Positions 45,484-54,793 of a stretch of DNA of 56,317 nt are shown one piece after another (position 1 is the first letter of the stretch; each line of letters begins with the position of its first letter). The notes beneath the pieces were generated by a model. The model was not told where the DNA came from and searched no databases. It saw only the letters and a program-made list of their open reading frames with translations. Where the stretch lies: positions 1 to 56,317 of IMG/VR virus record IMGVR_UViG_3300050138_000012; one strand, written 5' to 3'. The DNA is from a virus (lineage: Duplodnaviria; Caudoviricetes). The position numbers and the translations under genes were made by a program.

Positions 45484-46329
45484 CTAAATTGTGTTAGTAA
45501 TTTCTTCAACTCTAGGAAGTGAATTAACTTCTACCAGAGGCACATCTTCTTTAGCGTATTTAAACCACCGCAAACCTTTACCACCATTAGCATCAGACCA
45601 ACAGTCCTTAGCATAGGGACAATAGGTGCAGTTCTTATTAAGAGTTAAATTCTCTCCCTTATTATAAGGGACGGGCGTATAACACTTCTTAGTTGGAATA
45701 GGCGCATCCGGTGCTACAATCTTCTTTACTTGGGCAATGCGTTGTGGAGCATCGATAAGATCGATCGACTGCAGGGGAAGGATGCAGAGTTCACCGTTCT
45801 CTTTGTTAACTCCGATGAAAGCTGCTTCGTCCACTCCATTAGCATGGGCGTAGGAAGATAGCTGAGCAATGTATCCGAAAGGGTCATCTCTGAAGATGGT
45901 ACGTTCAGAAAACTTTCGAAAGGCGTAAGAAGAAGCGGATTTGACATCCACCACTGTACCATCGATCTTTGCGTCTTGGTGTCCTTTAATGCCATCTATT
46001 TCAAACTCCTTTTGCTCATCTTCAACTGTATGGCCGGCCTCTTTAGCAAGAAAGATGATTAACTGTTCGATCAGGTCGCCATAAATAAACTTAAGCGCAT
46101 TCTTCGCATTAGTCTTCTCTAATGGCTGATGATGCTCATACCATAGTTTCCTATCGGGAGTTCCCAATTTACTCATGCGCAGTGTAGGCGGATCTTTACG
46201 AAGTGTTAAGCGATCAATCATAATCTGCTTTATATTGGCTAGAAAAGCATCCAAATTAGCTTCGTTAACCCCTTGGCCTTCGAAGAAGAGGTCGTCTATA
46301 TCTTGTGGTAATGTCGATAACTGTTTCAA
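45484..46329 (-). CDS. PD-(D/E)xK (Cas4-like) exonuclease
   Basis: LRMS.LG..R.LWY, GH.DA.IDG.VVDVKS, DPFGYI.QL..Y, C.YCPY...CW. Confidence 0.85.
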   Translation of the reverse strand: MKQLSTLPQDIDDLFFEGQGVNEANLDAFLANIKQIMIDRLTLRKDPPTLRMSKLGTPDRKLWYEHHQPLEKTNAKNALKFIYGDLIEQLIIFLAKEAGHTVEDEQKEFEIDGIKGHQDAKIDGTVVDVKSASSYAFRKFSERTIFRDDPFGYIAQLSSYAHANGVDEAAFIGVNKENGELCILPLQSIDLIDAPQRIAQVKKIVAPDAPIPTKKCYTPVPYNKGENLTLNKNCTYCPYAKDCWSDANGGKGLRWFKYAKEDVPLVEVNSLPRVEEITNTI

Positions 46330-46339
46330 TTTATATCCA

Positions 46340-46378
46340 AAAATAAAAGACCCCCGAATTTGCAGCTAGGCTCGGGAG
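46340..46378 (-). terminator. Rho-independent terminator after SSB gene
   Basis: CTCCCGAG...TTCGGGGG then TCTTTTATTTTT on minus strand. Confidence 0.55.
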
Positions 46379-46413
46379 AACACCTATGGGAGGATTATGC
46401 TGCTTGGAAGTTA

Positions 46414-46947
46414 TTAGGCGTCGAAACCATCAGCGGTTTTAGGAACCGGTACAGTAAAGCCAGTCTCATCATTGATCAGACCGCCATCCTTGCCAACATA
46501 AGGCACAAGCTTGCGAACTTGTACAGTGAACAAAGTGGAGCGAACCTTGTCCCCAAAGTAATAGGTGCCAAACTTACAGATGACCTCAGAGCCATTGCCT
46601 ACCAGCATATTAGCGGGCAGAGGTGTTTTGACAGCATCAATAACATCGGGCTTACAGGAAGCAGCTGTCTGACCTTTCTCAGGACGGATCTTTCTTTGAA
46701 GCAGAACATGCGGTCCTGGAATGCCTTTAGCGCCAGGAGTTGCAGGCAGGATCTCAAGGCCATAGGATTCGGCTTTAACTTGCTCTTCTGCGCTCAGAAT
46801 TAGATTGATTTGGTATTCATCATTCTTATACTTCTCAGAATGTTTTGGAGCTTGTACCCAAGCATAGTAGGCAGTGCCTTTCAAGACACGATTGGCACGA
46901 TCTGATTCTTTAAATGCGTTGAATTGCGCTTCAGTAAACTTACTCAT
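46414..46947 (-). CDS. Single-stranded DNA-binding protein (T7 gp2.5-like)
   Basis: G.A.YA.V..P, P.V.D, VGNGS.V, VQV..LVPY, acidic/aromatic tail; alternative leaderless start at 46998. Confidence 0.75.
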   Translation of the reverse strand: MSKFTEAQFNAFKESDRANRVLKGTAYYAWVQAPKHSEKYKNDEYQINLILSAEEQVKAESYGLEILPATPGAKGIPGPHVLLQRKIRPEKGQTAASCKPDVIDAVKTPLPANMLVGNGSEVICKFGTYYFGDKVRSTLFTVQVRKLVPYVGKDGGLINDETGFTVPVPKTADGFDA

Positions 46948-47004
46948 TAATATCTTTCTTTCTAGGTTCAGGATAGGCCTTTGCTTATCCAGTATCATAA
47001 TATT

Positions 47005-47033
47005 ATTATACCCCATGTAAGTCGATTTGTCAA
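47005..47033 (-). promoter_or_regulatory. sigma70-type promoter for SSB gene
   Basis: TTGACA-17-TATAAT. Confidence 0.8.
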
Positions 47034-47040
47034 GCAGACT

Positions 47041-47994
47041 TTACGTACGGAAAACATCATCTACAATTGCATAGCGTATCTCATTCCGCACAGTAAGCCC
47101 TCTGCGTTCGTTGTCCCTATAGATCTGTGCCTCCGCTAGAGTTGTAAAGCGAGCTAAGAAACCATTTGGCATCTGTAGAGTCCAAGTAGCATTAGTAGGG
47201 TCCTCTGCTATCCACCAATCAGGTTGGCGAGGTGCCGTTTTATGAGCTTTTGTACCAAAATAATCTTCTTGAGCATACTTACTGCCAGTTAAACCAAGTC
47301 TTCTCATCTTAGTTTCAGGACCACCTGAGCCCTCTTCACGCAACTCTTCTTCTACCATCTCCAGAGGTCCTTTACCAGCTATCTGGCCTATAAGGTGTAG
47401 CAAAGAAGAATCTTGAATCTTAAAACCATCGTTCATAAACCGCAATGCGCGCTTAAATAAACGCACTTTGTCTTTCCATGTCTTACATTTCAGATTGTAT
47501 TCACCAATCTTATTAAAAGTATCAACATCAAAAGACATCTCATAGGTGCTCTGATTAAAGTAGTGCTGGTTAAAACTGAAGTCAAACTCGGAAATTAACG
47601 TCATAGGAGCTGCTGCACCTTTAGTGATAAAGGACAGAGGCGGATCTTTTCTGCTAGGACCATACCAGTTAAAGGTGCCATGATGCGTAATATCCGACTC
47701 TAGGAACAAGGGCTTCTGACCTTTTGGAAGAACGTGGGGCTTCATAAATCGATCTTTGAATTCTAAAGCAGCGTCCAGTGACGTAAACCAAACATCGATA
47801 TCGTTTACTGGCATTCTTGTAAAGACAGAGCGAAACACACCACCTGCAAATACAGTGTTCTGCAATAGAAAATGCTTAATCTGCGAAGCCTCTTCTTTGG
47901 AGTATTTAGCGTCCAAAGCATTGCAGAATGAAGCAAAGCGTTTCTCACACAATAGAATCGCCTCATTAATCTTATCTTTGTGATTCTTGTCCAC
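47041..47994 (-). CDS. Pol-beta-superfamily nucleotidyltransferase (CCA/poly(A) polymerase-like head)
   Basis: FAGG.FRS......NDIDVWF and FDFS motifs. Confidence 0.75.
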   Translation of the reverse strand: MDKNHKDKINEAILLCEKRFASFCNALDAKYSKEEASQIKHFLLQNTVFAGGVFRSVFTRMPVNDIDVWFTSLDAALEFKDRFMKPHVLPKGQKPLFLESDITHHGTFNWYGPSRKDPPLSFITKGAAAPMTLISEFDFSFNQHYFNQSTYEMSFDVDTFNKIGEYNLKCKTWKDKVRLFKRALRFMNDGFKIQDSSLLHLIGQIAGKGPLEMVEEELREEGSGGPETKMRRLGLTGSKYAQEDYFGTKAHKTAPRQPDWWIAEDPTNATWTLQMPNGFLARFTTLAEAQIYRDNERRGLTVRNEIRYAIVDDVFRT

Positions 47995-48136
47995 TTGGCA
48001 TCTCCTTGCAATACATAGATTCGTAGTTTATCCATTCAACATAGACATGCATACAGGTTGGGCAGCCTGTAGGACTAGGTCTCTTCTCTGTCCAGCGAGA
48101 CTCACATCTCTTGCACTCATAAAGAGGCTCTTCCAT
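47972..48136 (-). CDS. Small zinc-ribbon protein (54 aa; absent from ORF track)
   Basis: MEEPLYECKRC...GCPTCMHVYVEWINY; two CxxC. Confidence 0.65.
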   Translation of the reverse strand: MEEPLYECKRCESRWTEKRPSPTGCPTCMHVYVEWINYESMYCKEMPSGQESQR

Positions 48137-48138
48137 TC

Positions 48139-48420
48139 CTACTCTACTTTCCTAAGTTCATAAATAGAAGTCCATGTAAGAAAATGTACACAGTTTTCAT
48201 CTATCTTAGTCACCTCTTGAACTGGTGATGTTTGTAAGAACTTAGTGCCTCTAGAAAGGATAACATTCCAACCTATTTCTAGTTTATGGATGTCATCAAT
48301 CTCTTTAGCGTCTTCTTCACCGATCTTAAAGATCATAAGACGATTTGAGTCTTGCGTATGTCCTACTTTTACCATAGAATTATGACCAGGCACTAGACTT
48401 AGCTTTTTTAACGTGTACAT
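48139..48420 (-). CDS. Hypothetical protein
   Basis: TSPV.EV......F.T..S.YEL motif seen in phage hypotheticals. Confidence 0.65.
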   Translation of the reverse strand: MYTLKKLSLVPGHNSMVKVGHTQDSNRLMIFKIGEEDAKEIDDIHKLEIGWNVILSRGTKFLQTSPVQEVTKIDENCVHFLTWTSIYELRKVE

Positions 48421-48421
48421 A

Positions 48422-48688
48422 CTACACCTTTGCTTTCATTTCAGGCACTTCTTTCAATCTCAGCCTAAGCTCCTGCAAGCACATATCCAAAGGTCTTGTC
48501 ATAAGTACTCTACATGAGCCAAGAGTAATAGGATGAAACTCTCTACCAGAGTCAGTCTCTTCTGTATAGTCCAAGTAGGATATAAACTCCTCTACTAGCT
48601 GAGGTAAATCCTTTTTAGACAAGATCTGATTATACTCTTTAACTAGTTCTTTTGATACATCAGATCTAACTGCAAGACTAAATACCAT
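48422..48688 (-). CDS. Hypothetical protein
   Basis: AGGTAGG RBS, coupled ORF. Confidence 0.6.
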   Translation of the reverse strand: MVFSLAVRSDVSKELVKEYNQILSKKDLPQLVEEFISYLDYTEETDSGREFHPITLGSCRVLMTRPLDMCLQELRLRLKEVPEMKAKV

Positions 48689-50012
48689 TTTTACCTACCT
48701 TCTGCATTTCTGGTTGCACTGTACGTGTCAAGAAGTAGTGGAAACCATCTGCATGGCATTCAGGAAGTGTTGTCCAGTGCGTGATAGGATCTTGCTTAAA
48801 GTAGTGCTTCAAGCCCTTTTCCTTAGCTGAGTGGACAAAGTATTCAAACGCAGGAAGTGTTGACTTGTTCAAAGCAAAGTGCTCTGTAGGGCACTGGCCT
48901 GTCACTTGGCCGATCAGTGGTTCAATCTTCTTATAGTTCTGAAGAGCCAGATCAAAGTCATTCTCATTGATGGCTTTTTGAACATCAACTTGATTCACTG
49001 AACCCAAAAAGGCTTCAATAAACTTCTGGTTATTAGCCTTATCAGCGACCAATTCGATAGCAAGACGAGCTGTACCAAAGGCAAAGGACATCAAATGATA
49101 GGATTCCAACCAGAAATTGGACAAGGTGCGGTATTCCAGACCATGCTTAGGCAGACGGTATTCACCAGCACGACCATAGAGCTTACGACGCTCCTTATTA
49201 CCTTCATCGCGATCAATAAGAACGCAGGTATTGCCACAGATAAGATCCAACATCTGGACTACTTTATCAGGGTCTTTTGCTACCATTTCTTTAAGGCCTA
49301 CATTATGACTCTCAACTCCAATATGGATATGACCACCAGCAGAGCGTTGCAGATGTTTTGTACCATCTACTTCAGCTAGTTTTACACCAGCATTTGCATA
49401 CACACTCTTAGAGGGCATACAACCCAGCTTCTGGTTCTCTTTATCGAGGCTTGACAGCTCTTGTTCAGTCAGGGTAATGGAACGAGACAGGTCTACAGAT
49501 ACGCCTTTGCCCTGCTTCTCCAACTCTTTCTTGAGTGTCTTAAAGCAAGCAGAGATCTCATTTGCAAGATTAGCTCTGCAAGTATTAGGACGGGGATTAA
49601 GCTCGGCTTGCACACCATCGATAATGAACTTAGACTCTGTACCCTGAACTACACAAAGATCATTGACAGAAGGTACAGTATTACGCAGACCATTCTTCTC
49701 AAAGACCTTCTCAGCGCCAATTACAACGCCATCCAGTTTAAAGAAGAATTCTGGATCACATCCCAGAGGAGGGTTGAAATGTGCCACAGCTGGCAGTTTT
49801 AGCACCTTATTTACCAAGGGAGGTACAATCGGAGGCGCTGGTGTTGCAACAATAGGCTCTGGAATAATTTCTGCTTTTAAAATAACAGTTTCTACTTTGT
49901 CTTTCTTTTTAACCAATTTCTCAATTACCTTAGCTACTACAGCATCAATACGTTTACGCACTGTAGGTTTCTTAGAAGTAAGCGTCTTAGTCTTTCTCAT
50001 TACCATAGTCAT
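48678..50012 (-). CDS. phiEco32-like COOH-NH2 ligase type 2
   Basis: LGCDPEFF, DGVQAELNP, GC.PS, RSAGGHIHIG, RRKLYGRAGEYR, GLEYRTLSNFW. Confidence 0.9.
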   Translation of the reverse strand: MTMVMRKTKTLTSKKPTVRKRIDAVVAKVIEKLVKKKDKVETVILKAEIIPEPIVATPAPPIVPPLVNKVLKLPAVAHFNPPLGCDPEFFFKLDGVVIGAEKVFEKNGLRNTVPSVNDLCVVQGTESKFIIDGVQAELNPRPNTCRANLANEISACFKTLKKELEKQGKGVSVDLSRSITLTEQELSSLDKENQKLGCMPSKSVYANAGVKLAEVDGTKHLQRSAGGHIHIGVESHNVGLKEMVAKDPDKVVQMLDLICGNTCVLIDRDEGNKERRKLYGRAGEYRLPKHGLEYRTLSNFWLESYHLMSFAFGTARLAIELVADKANNQKFIEAFLGSVNQVDVQKAINENDFDLALQNYKKIEPLIGQVTGQCPTEHFALNKSTLPAFEYFVHSAKEKGLKHYFKQDPITHWTTLPECHADGFHYFLTRTVQPEMQKVGKNGI

Positions 50013-50140
50013 TCTCCCGTGTTGTTGTTAATTTCCTCAGCTTCTTTTTCGATTGCGTCCATGTCTTCTCGTGTTAGTATTTTAGTAGCATCAGAAAGAC
50101 ACCATCCTAATGCAATTGTCTTGTGTATGTATGTAGACAT
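50009..50140 (-). CDS. Small hypothetical protein
   Basis: Fills gap between PolA and ligase, ATGA overlap. Confidence 0.4.
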   Translation of the reverse strand: MSTYIHKTIALGWCLSDATKILTREDMDAIEKEAEEINNNTGE

Positions 50141-50145
50141 ACACT

Positions 50146-52329
50146 TTAATGAGTCTGTGCCCACGATAACCCCACTTTGTACTCCCCATCTAGTGGGCAA
50201 TTCGTTTTAAATTGTTCCCCAGCACGCACAATTCCAGACACCATAGCATTACCCACAATGTGTGCGTTACGTGGATCGGTTTCGACTTGCCACTCATCGT
50301 GTGTGAAGCTGAGTAGTTTAAAATCGACGTTCTCAGATCTAAGTTGCTCATGAAAATTCCTCTTAGCCTGTTTCATAATAACAGCTTCAAAGCCCTGAAG
50401 ATAAATTGACATCGCCAAATGCTCTGACGGCAGCCATAGTTTACGACCGTCCAGACCTATAAGATAACCCTGCTTAACCGCTTCTGGCATATCTTTCTTA
50501 CGAAGTCTCTTCAAGGCAGGGGTACGATCTAGAAACTGCTCTTTTGTTTTAAATCCTTTGATGATAGTAGCAACCGTCTTCTTATCCGCTTTACGACCTT
50601 TATCTCTAAGCGACTTCATAAAACGTTCTAGGAGTGTTGTATCCCATTGTTTTCTATCTGAAGCAAACTTAAAGAGATCCTCATATTCTTCCTCTTTAAC
50701 TGTGACAATAGAGCCAATCTTCTCATCCCCACCACCCATGAGCCATGAATAGATGAAGGTCTTCGCTCTAGCGCGTGTACTAATACCAGCAGCTTTCTGA
50801 TTGACTATATGAATATCAGACTTTAGAAGAGCCTCTGTATAAGTATCATCATCCATGTAGTGGGCAAGAGCCCGTAATTGTATCCCTGCAGCATCAGCCC
50901 CAACCAAAATCCTGCCATCAGGGACACTCCAGCAGTCTCTAGAATCCCAGCCATAAGCACCTTTCAGGCCTGTTAGGGCCACTTCATCTTCTTTTAAGTA
51001 AATATTCCCATCAGGCAGAATATCAAACTTATTAAACTTTGTAAGTACAGTACCAGAACTAACCCTCTTTCCCGTAACAACCCTAGCGATATTAGCCATA
51101 TTAGGAGCATAGTGACTACAACGATGAGTACCAGCACCAATCGGATTAATAGCACCATGAACTCTACCATCGTATTCAACCTTTCCAGTTATAGGATCTA
51201 CGGTTCCCCAGTCTGCTTGTTGACTTAATTCCAGCCATGTAAGGGCTGTATCGTGCCTATTAGCAACGATAGAGTAGTCGGCTAGGCACCTGATAGCCTC
51301 CATATTAGGACCCTTCCTAGGGCCTTCTAATAGACCCTGTATGGCCTCCTGTAAGGTTAGTTTATCAGTTTTTATATTTCCCTTATCGGTCAGATACTTA
51401 GGTATCCATCCTAATAATAGTAATCGTTCGGCGATTTGTGCACCTGACTGTGGGTTAAAGACCTCTTCAACCATAAGATCATAGGTGGAGTCAGCTTTAA
51501 GTACGGCCTTATGGCCTGGAGTTTCTTGATACGTCTGTAAGATACGAGCTGAAACCTTTCCAATTGTGCCATCCTTATTTAGCTTTAAAGCATAATTCCG
51601 AACCGTCTTATAAACCGGAGGAAAGAGGGACTGTAGCTTTCCATCCATTTCCGCCAATAGCGCTTTTGTCTCGTCTCTAAGTCTCTCTGCTTTAGTCTTA
51701 TCAAGGTAAAACCCATTATCTACCTGCTGGTGCAGCATAGCCGCTACATGATGTTCAAGCTCTATACAATAGTCTGAAAAGCCCTCTTGCTCTTTAAGAA
51801 GCTCAAGGTATATTTTTATTCCAAGTTCTACGTCTCTAACGCAATATTCTAACATAGTCTCAGAGAACTTATCAAACTCGTGAAAATCGCCTTTAGGGAA
51901 GTTTAGATACCTGCCCCAAGCGGCTAATGAGTGTCCCCATTGTCTATTGTATTTCGACCGTACTTCTTGTTGCGGAGGTACTGGGCAGAATAATCTAGAC
52001 ATAACCAAAGTATCAAGGCACTTATCCAGCGCGACCAACTCAAGTCCAAATAGCCTATTAATGTGAGGAGCATCATAGCTAATAATGTTATGACCGACAA
52101 ACAATGTAACAGACTTACAAAACTCGATAAATTCTTTAGCGAAATCATTGTGGCCTCCATATGGGGAATTAGGTCTAAACTTAAAGACTTCTCCGCTGTC
52201 TAAGTCCGTGCAAACTATACACCAGATCTTAGTTGGTCGAACTATTCGATTAGCTTCGCAGTCCAGATAGACTCTTCTACCAGTTAATTTCTTCTGTATG
52301 TGTAACGATTTTAATTCCGTTAGGGTCAA
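50146..52329 (-). CDS. Family A DNA polymerase (T7 gp5-like) with 3'-5' exonuclease
   Basis: Exo motifs DCE, GHNI..YD, YC..DV; Pol motifs DAAGIQLR, R..AKTFIY, HDE. Confidence 0.95.
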   Translation of the reverse strand: MTLTELKSLHIQKKLTGRRVYLDCEANRIVRPTKIWCIVCTDLDSGEVFKFRPNSPYGGHNDFAKEFIEFCKSVTLFVGHNIISYDAPHINRLFGLELVALDKCLDTLVMSRLFCPVPPQQEVRSKYNRQWGHSLAAWGRYLNFPKGDFHEFDKFSETMLEYCVRDVELGIKIYLELLKEQEGFSDYCIELEHHVAAMLHQQVDNGFYLDKTKAERLRDETKALLAEMDGKLQSLFPPVYKTVRNYALKLNKDGTIGKVSARILQTYQETPGHKAVLKADSTYDLMVEEVFNPQSGAQIAERLLLLGWIPKYLTDKGNIKTDKLTLQEAIQGLLEGPRKGPNMEAIRCLADYSIVANRHDTALTWLELSQQADWGTVDPITGKVEYDGRVHGAINPIGAGTHRCSHYAPNMANIARVVTGKRVSSGTVLTKFNKFDILPDGNIYLKEDEVALTGLKGAYGWDSRDCWSVPDGRILVGADAAGIQLRALAHYMDDDTYTEALLKSDIHIVNQKAAGISTRARAKTFIYSWLMGGGDEKIGSIVTVKEEEYEDLFKFASDRKQWDTTLLERFMKSLRDKGRKADKKTVATIIKGFKTKEQFLDRTPALKRLRKKDMPEAVKQGYLIGLDGRKLWLPSEHLAMSIYLQGFEAVIMKQAKRNFHEQLRSENVDFKLLSFTHDEWQVETDPRNAHIVGNAMVSGIVRAGEQFKTNCPLDGEYKVGLSWAQTH

Positions 52330-52828
52330 ATTTTACTTCTTCTTTCGGGATAATCTTAGCGATTAAAGTATTCAATTTCTTAAACTCAGACTGCATTTCA
52401 CTAATGCCATAGACATCGTCGAATGAGTCTTTCTCCATGCGAACCAAGGCATCTTTAAATACGTGGTCAACACGATCAATTACAGGTGCGAGTTCTTTTA
52501 GGAATGAAGCTTGCTTTTCTAACTGCTTCTTCAGAGCCGTTAGCTCCTTACGCACTTCATTCGTCGAATCAAGAAACGGCGGAGCCTCGATCTTCTTCGT
52601 CGCAGCTACTGGTTTTGGTTCTGGCTTACGAGCCTCTCTACGTCGAACCCTGCCAATGTCCGTTGCCCAAAAAGATACATCGTCTGCCTCATCAAAATGA
52701 ATGCTGTCTATGTCCATTGTATTCCCCTGTGTTCGCAAATGTTTTAACCACTCTGTCTCTGTTAGCATTAAGTATTCTTTAAGCTGTCGATCTTCCTCGT
52801 GCCAAAGATGAATTAGATTTACATCCAT
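52277..52828 (-). CDS. Hypothetical protein
   Basis: GGGGAG RBS; coiled-coil C-terminal part; start uncertain. Confidence 0.6.
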   Translation of the reverse strand: MDVNLIHLWHEEDRQLKEYLMLTETEWLKHLRTQGNTMDIDSIHFDEADDVSFWATDIGRVRRREARKPEPKPVAATKKIEAPPFLDSTNEVRKELTALKKQLEKQASFLKELAPVIDRVDHVFKDALVRMEKDSFDDVYGISEMQSEFKKLNTLIAKIIPKEEVKFDPNGIKIVTHTEEINW

Positions 52829-52833
52829 TTACA

Positions 52834-53130
52834 CTACTCCCCGTGATATTGCCATAAGACAGCGTTGCAATAAGCGTGCACTGCTCCAATAGTTAAGCCA
52901 GTGTCGTGTGAATGATGTAGATGAATAGGGTTGTCAAAAAACCCTGTAGGAAAGTATCTACGGACTATCCACTTCACCAAAATGGACTCAGGAGGATCGC
53001 TGTGCAAAGAAGTCTTACAGTGATAGCAGAGACTTTCTTGCCTATTTATATACTGCTCTCTGCAAGCTTTTCTTTGCGCCCAATCCATCGTTTCATAGTT
53101 AGCTGGCAGTTCTATAGGAATTTCCATCAT
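52834..53130 (-). CDS. Endonuclease VII-like protein
   Basis: Q..LC..C...HLHHSHDTG...G.VH..CN; start trimmed from track ORF. Confidence 0.75.
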   Translation of the reverse strand: MMEIPIELPANYETMDWAQRKACREQYINRQESLCYHCKTSLHSDPPESILVKWIVRRYFPTGFFDNPIHLHHSHDTGLTIGAVHAYCNAVLWQYHGE

Positions 53131-53134
53131 GCCC

Positions 53135-54793
53135 TCACTCATCGAATTTAAGCGTGCGCTCTTTCTCTGCTGGTAGGTCCAGCTCTTCCATCCGCCCCGT
53201 ATCTGGATTGAAGTACAGATGACAAGCTGTTCCGGATTTACCCTTCTTCCTATTCTCCTCAACTACAACCTCAGTTGTATTAGCAATAATAGGATCAATG
53301 TTCATCTTATCCCTAATAAGGTTAATAAGAATATTACATAGCTGTACGGGTGCTCTCGAACCTCTGGTCTTTCCATCATCATTGACGTGAGTGACAGCAA
53401 TGATACCAATGTTAAGAGTAGTAGTAGCTGCCTTAAGATCCGCAACAAGCTTATCCAAAAACCTTCTTTCATCACCATCCCCGTTTTGATAAGCCAGCAT
53501 AGAAATATGGTCAAGAATAATGAAGCGGCAATCCTGCGCCTTAACAAAGTACATGATCTTATTAAAGATGTTCTCAACAGTGCGTTCATCTTCAGGATCG
53601 AATACAGTAAGACGGTCGTCTTCTGACATAAACTCATGGGATTTCTGCAGCTCTTCCAGAGTATAGGGAATATCGCCAAACTGAATTGGCTTGTTCATAT
53701 GCAGAGCACACATACCTATGCCGATAGACTTCTTCGTGTCCTCCAAGAAGATCAGGCCGACATTATGCTTAGTGTTTGACCGCAGATGATAAGCGATCTC
53801 TCTCAATAGCTGTGTTTTTCCGAGCTTCGGGGGGGCCTTAACAATGACCAGTTCTCCAGTGCGCAAGCCCCCAGTCATTCTATTAAGGCCTTCCCAAGGG
53901 TATGGAGCTGTGAGATCGCTGTCCTCTTTAATCATAGTATCCCAAAGAGACTTGAAGGTGCAAACACCAGGGGGCGTCAGCTTCTCTGCTCTCCACCACA
54001 TATTAACAAACTCTTTGGACTTACCGCCTTTAAGGTAGTCATTAGAATCTTTCCAGATCCAGTTACCTTCTTTGTCTTTAATAGCAGGGAATAGAACTAC
54101 CTTCGGCTTATAATTAAAGAGCTTAACAATCTTTTCCGCAGCCTTTTGGCCAATATCGTCTCCATCAAACGCAAGAATAATATTCTCGAAAGAGTTAATG
54201 AACTCCCACGACTTCTTACAGGACTTGTCTGCAGATAAAGCACCATCAGGAATCGAGACCACCACCGGTTCGAAATTAGGGCTGGCAGCTTTAAGCATCT
54301 GGAAGCATGCCATTGCATCTTCTTCACCTTCTGTAATAGTGATATACTTTCCACCTGCTGGAAACAGCTGCTGACCAAACAAAGCGACTTCAGAATGATC
54401 ACCATTCCAATGCATACCTTGCTTGTTCATCTTCTTAATCTTTTGAGCGACGATATCATCCGCACCATTATAATGATTGTACGCATAGCCATATGGGATC
54501 TCACCATTAAACAGTCTCTCGACGCGGTACTTCTCCGCTGTCTCTCTTGAGATTGCCCTGTCTTCTAAGGCAGTTACAATACCGCGTTCGAATACTACAG
54601 GCTTAGTCGGGATAGCAAGTAAGTTAGTCTGATTCAAACCTAGCTCCATTTCAATTATTTCTTCTTCTGATAAGTCGTATTTCTGCTTATTACAAGCAAA
54701 GCAATGTAGATGAGGTGTATCTAATTGGAAAAATGAACAACCACTGTTTGTTTTACCGCACCAACAGGGAATGTTGTATTTATTACTACCCAT
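53135..54793 (-). CDS. DNA primase-helicase (T7 gp4-like)
   Basis: N-terminal Cys zinc finger, TOPRIM ITEGEEDA and FDGD..G, Walker A-like APPKLGKT, ILDHIS, RGS, ENR..G. Confidence 0.95.
   Translation of the reverse strand: MGSNKYNIPCWCGKTNSGCSFFQLDTPHLHCFACNKQKYDLSEEEIIEMELGLNQTNLLAIPTKPVVFERGIVTALEDRAISRETAEKYRVERLFNGEIPYGYAYNHYNGADDIVAQKIKKMNKQGMHWNGDHSEVALFGQQLFPAGGKYITITEGEEDAMACFQMLKAASPNFEPVVVSIPDGALSADKSCKKSWEFINSFENIILAFDGDDIGQKAAEKIVKLFNYKPKVVLFPAIKDKEGNWIWKDSNDYLKGGKSKEFVNMWWRAEKLTPPGVCTFKSLWDTMIKEDSDLTAPYPWEGLNRMTGGLRTGELVIVKAPPKLGKTQLLREIAYHLRSNTKHNVGLIFLEDTKKSIGIGMCALHMNKPIQFGDIPYTLEELQKSHEFMSEDDRLTVFDPEDERTVENIFNKIMYFVKAQDCRFIILDHISMLAYQNGDGDERRFLDKLVADLKAATTTLNIGIIAVTHVNDDGKTRGSRAPVQLCNILINLIRDKMNIDPIIANTTEVVVEENRKKGKSGTACHLYFNPDTGRMEELDLPAEKERTLKFDE

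Noticed and set aside
45484-46329. CRISPR-associated Cas4
   Set aside because: Sits with SSB in the replication arm with no cas genes or array; ordinary phage exonuclease
46948-47016. ORF-track N-terminal extension of SSB from 47016 (likewise primase from 54820)
   Set aside because: These starts fall inside consensus promoter elements; downstream starts are more plausible
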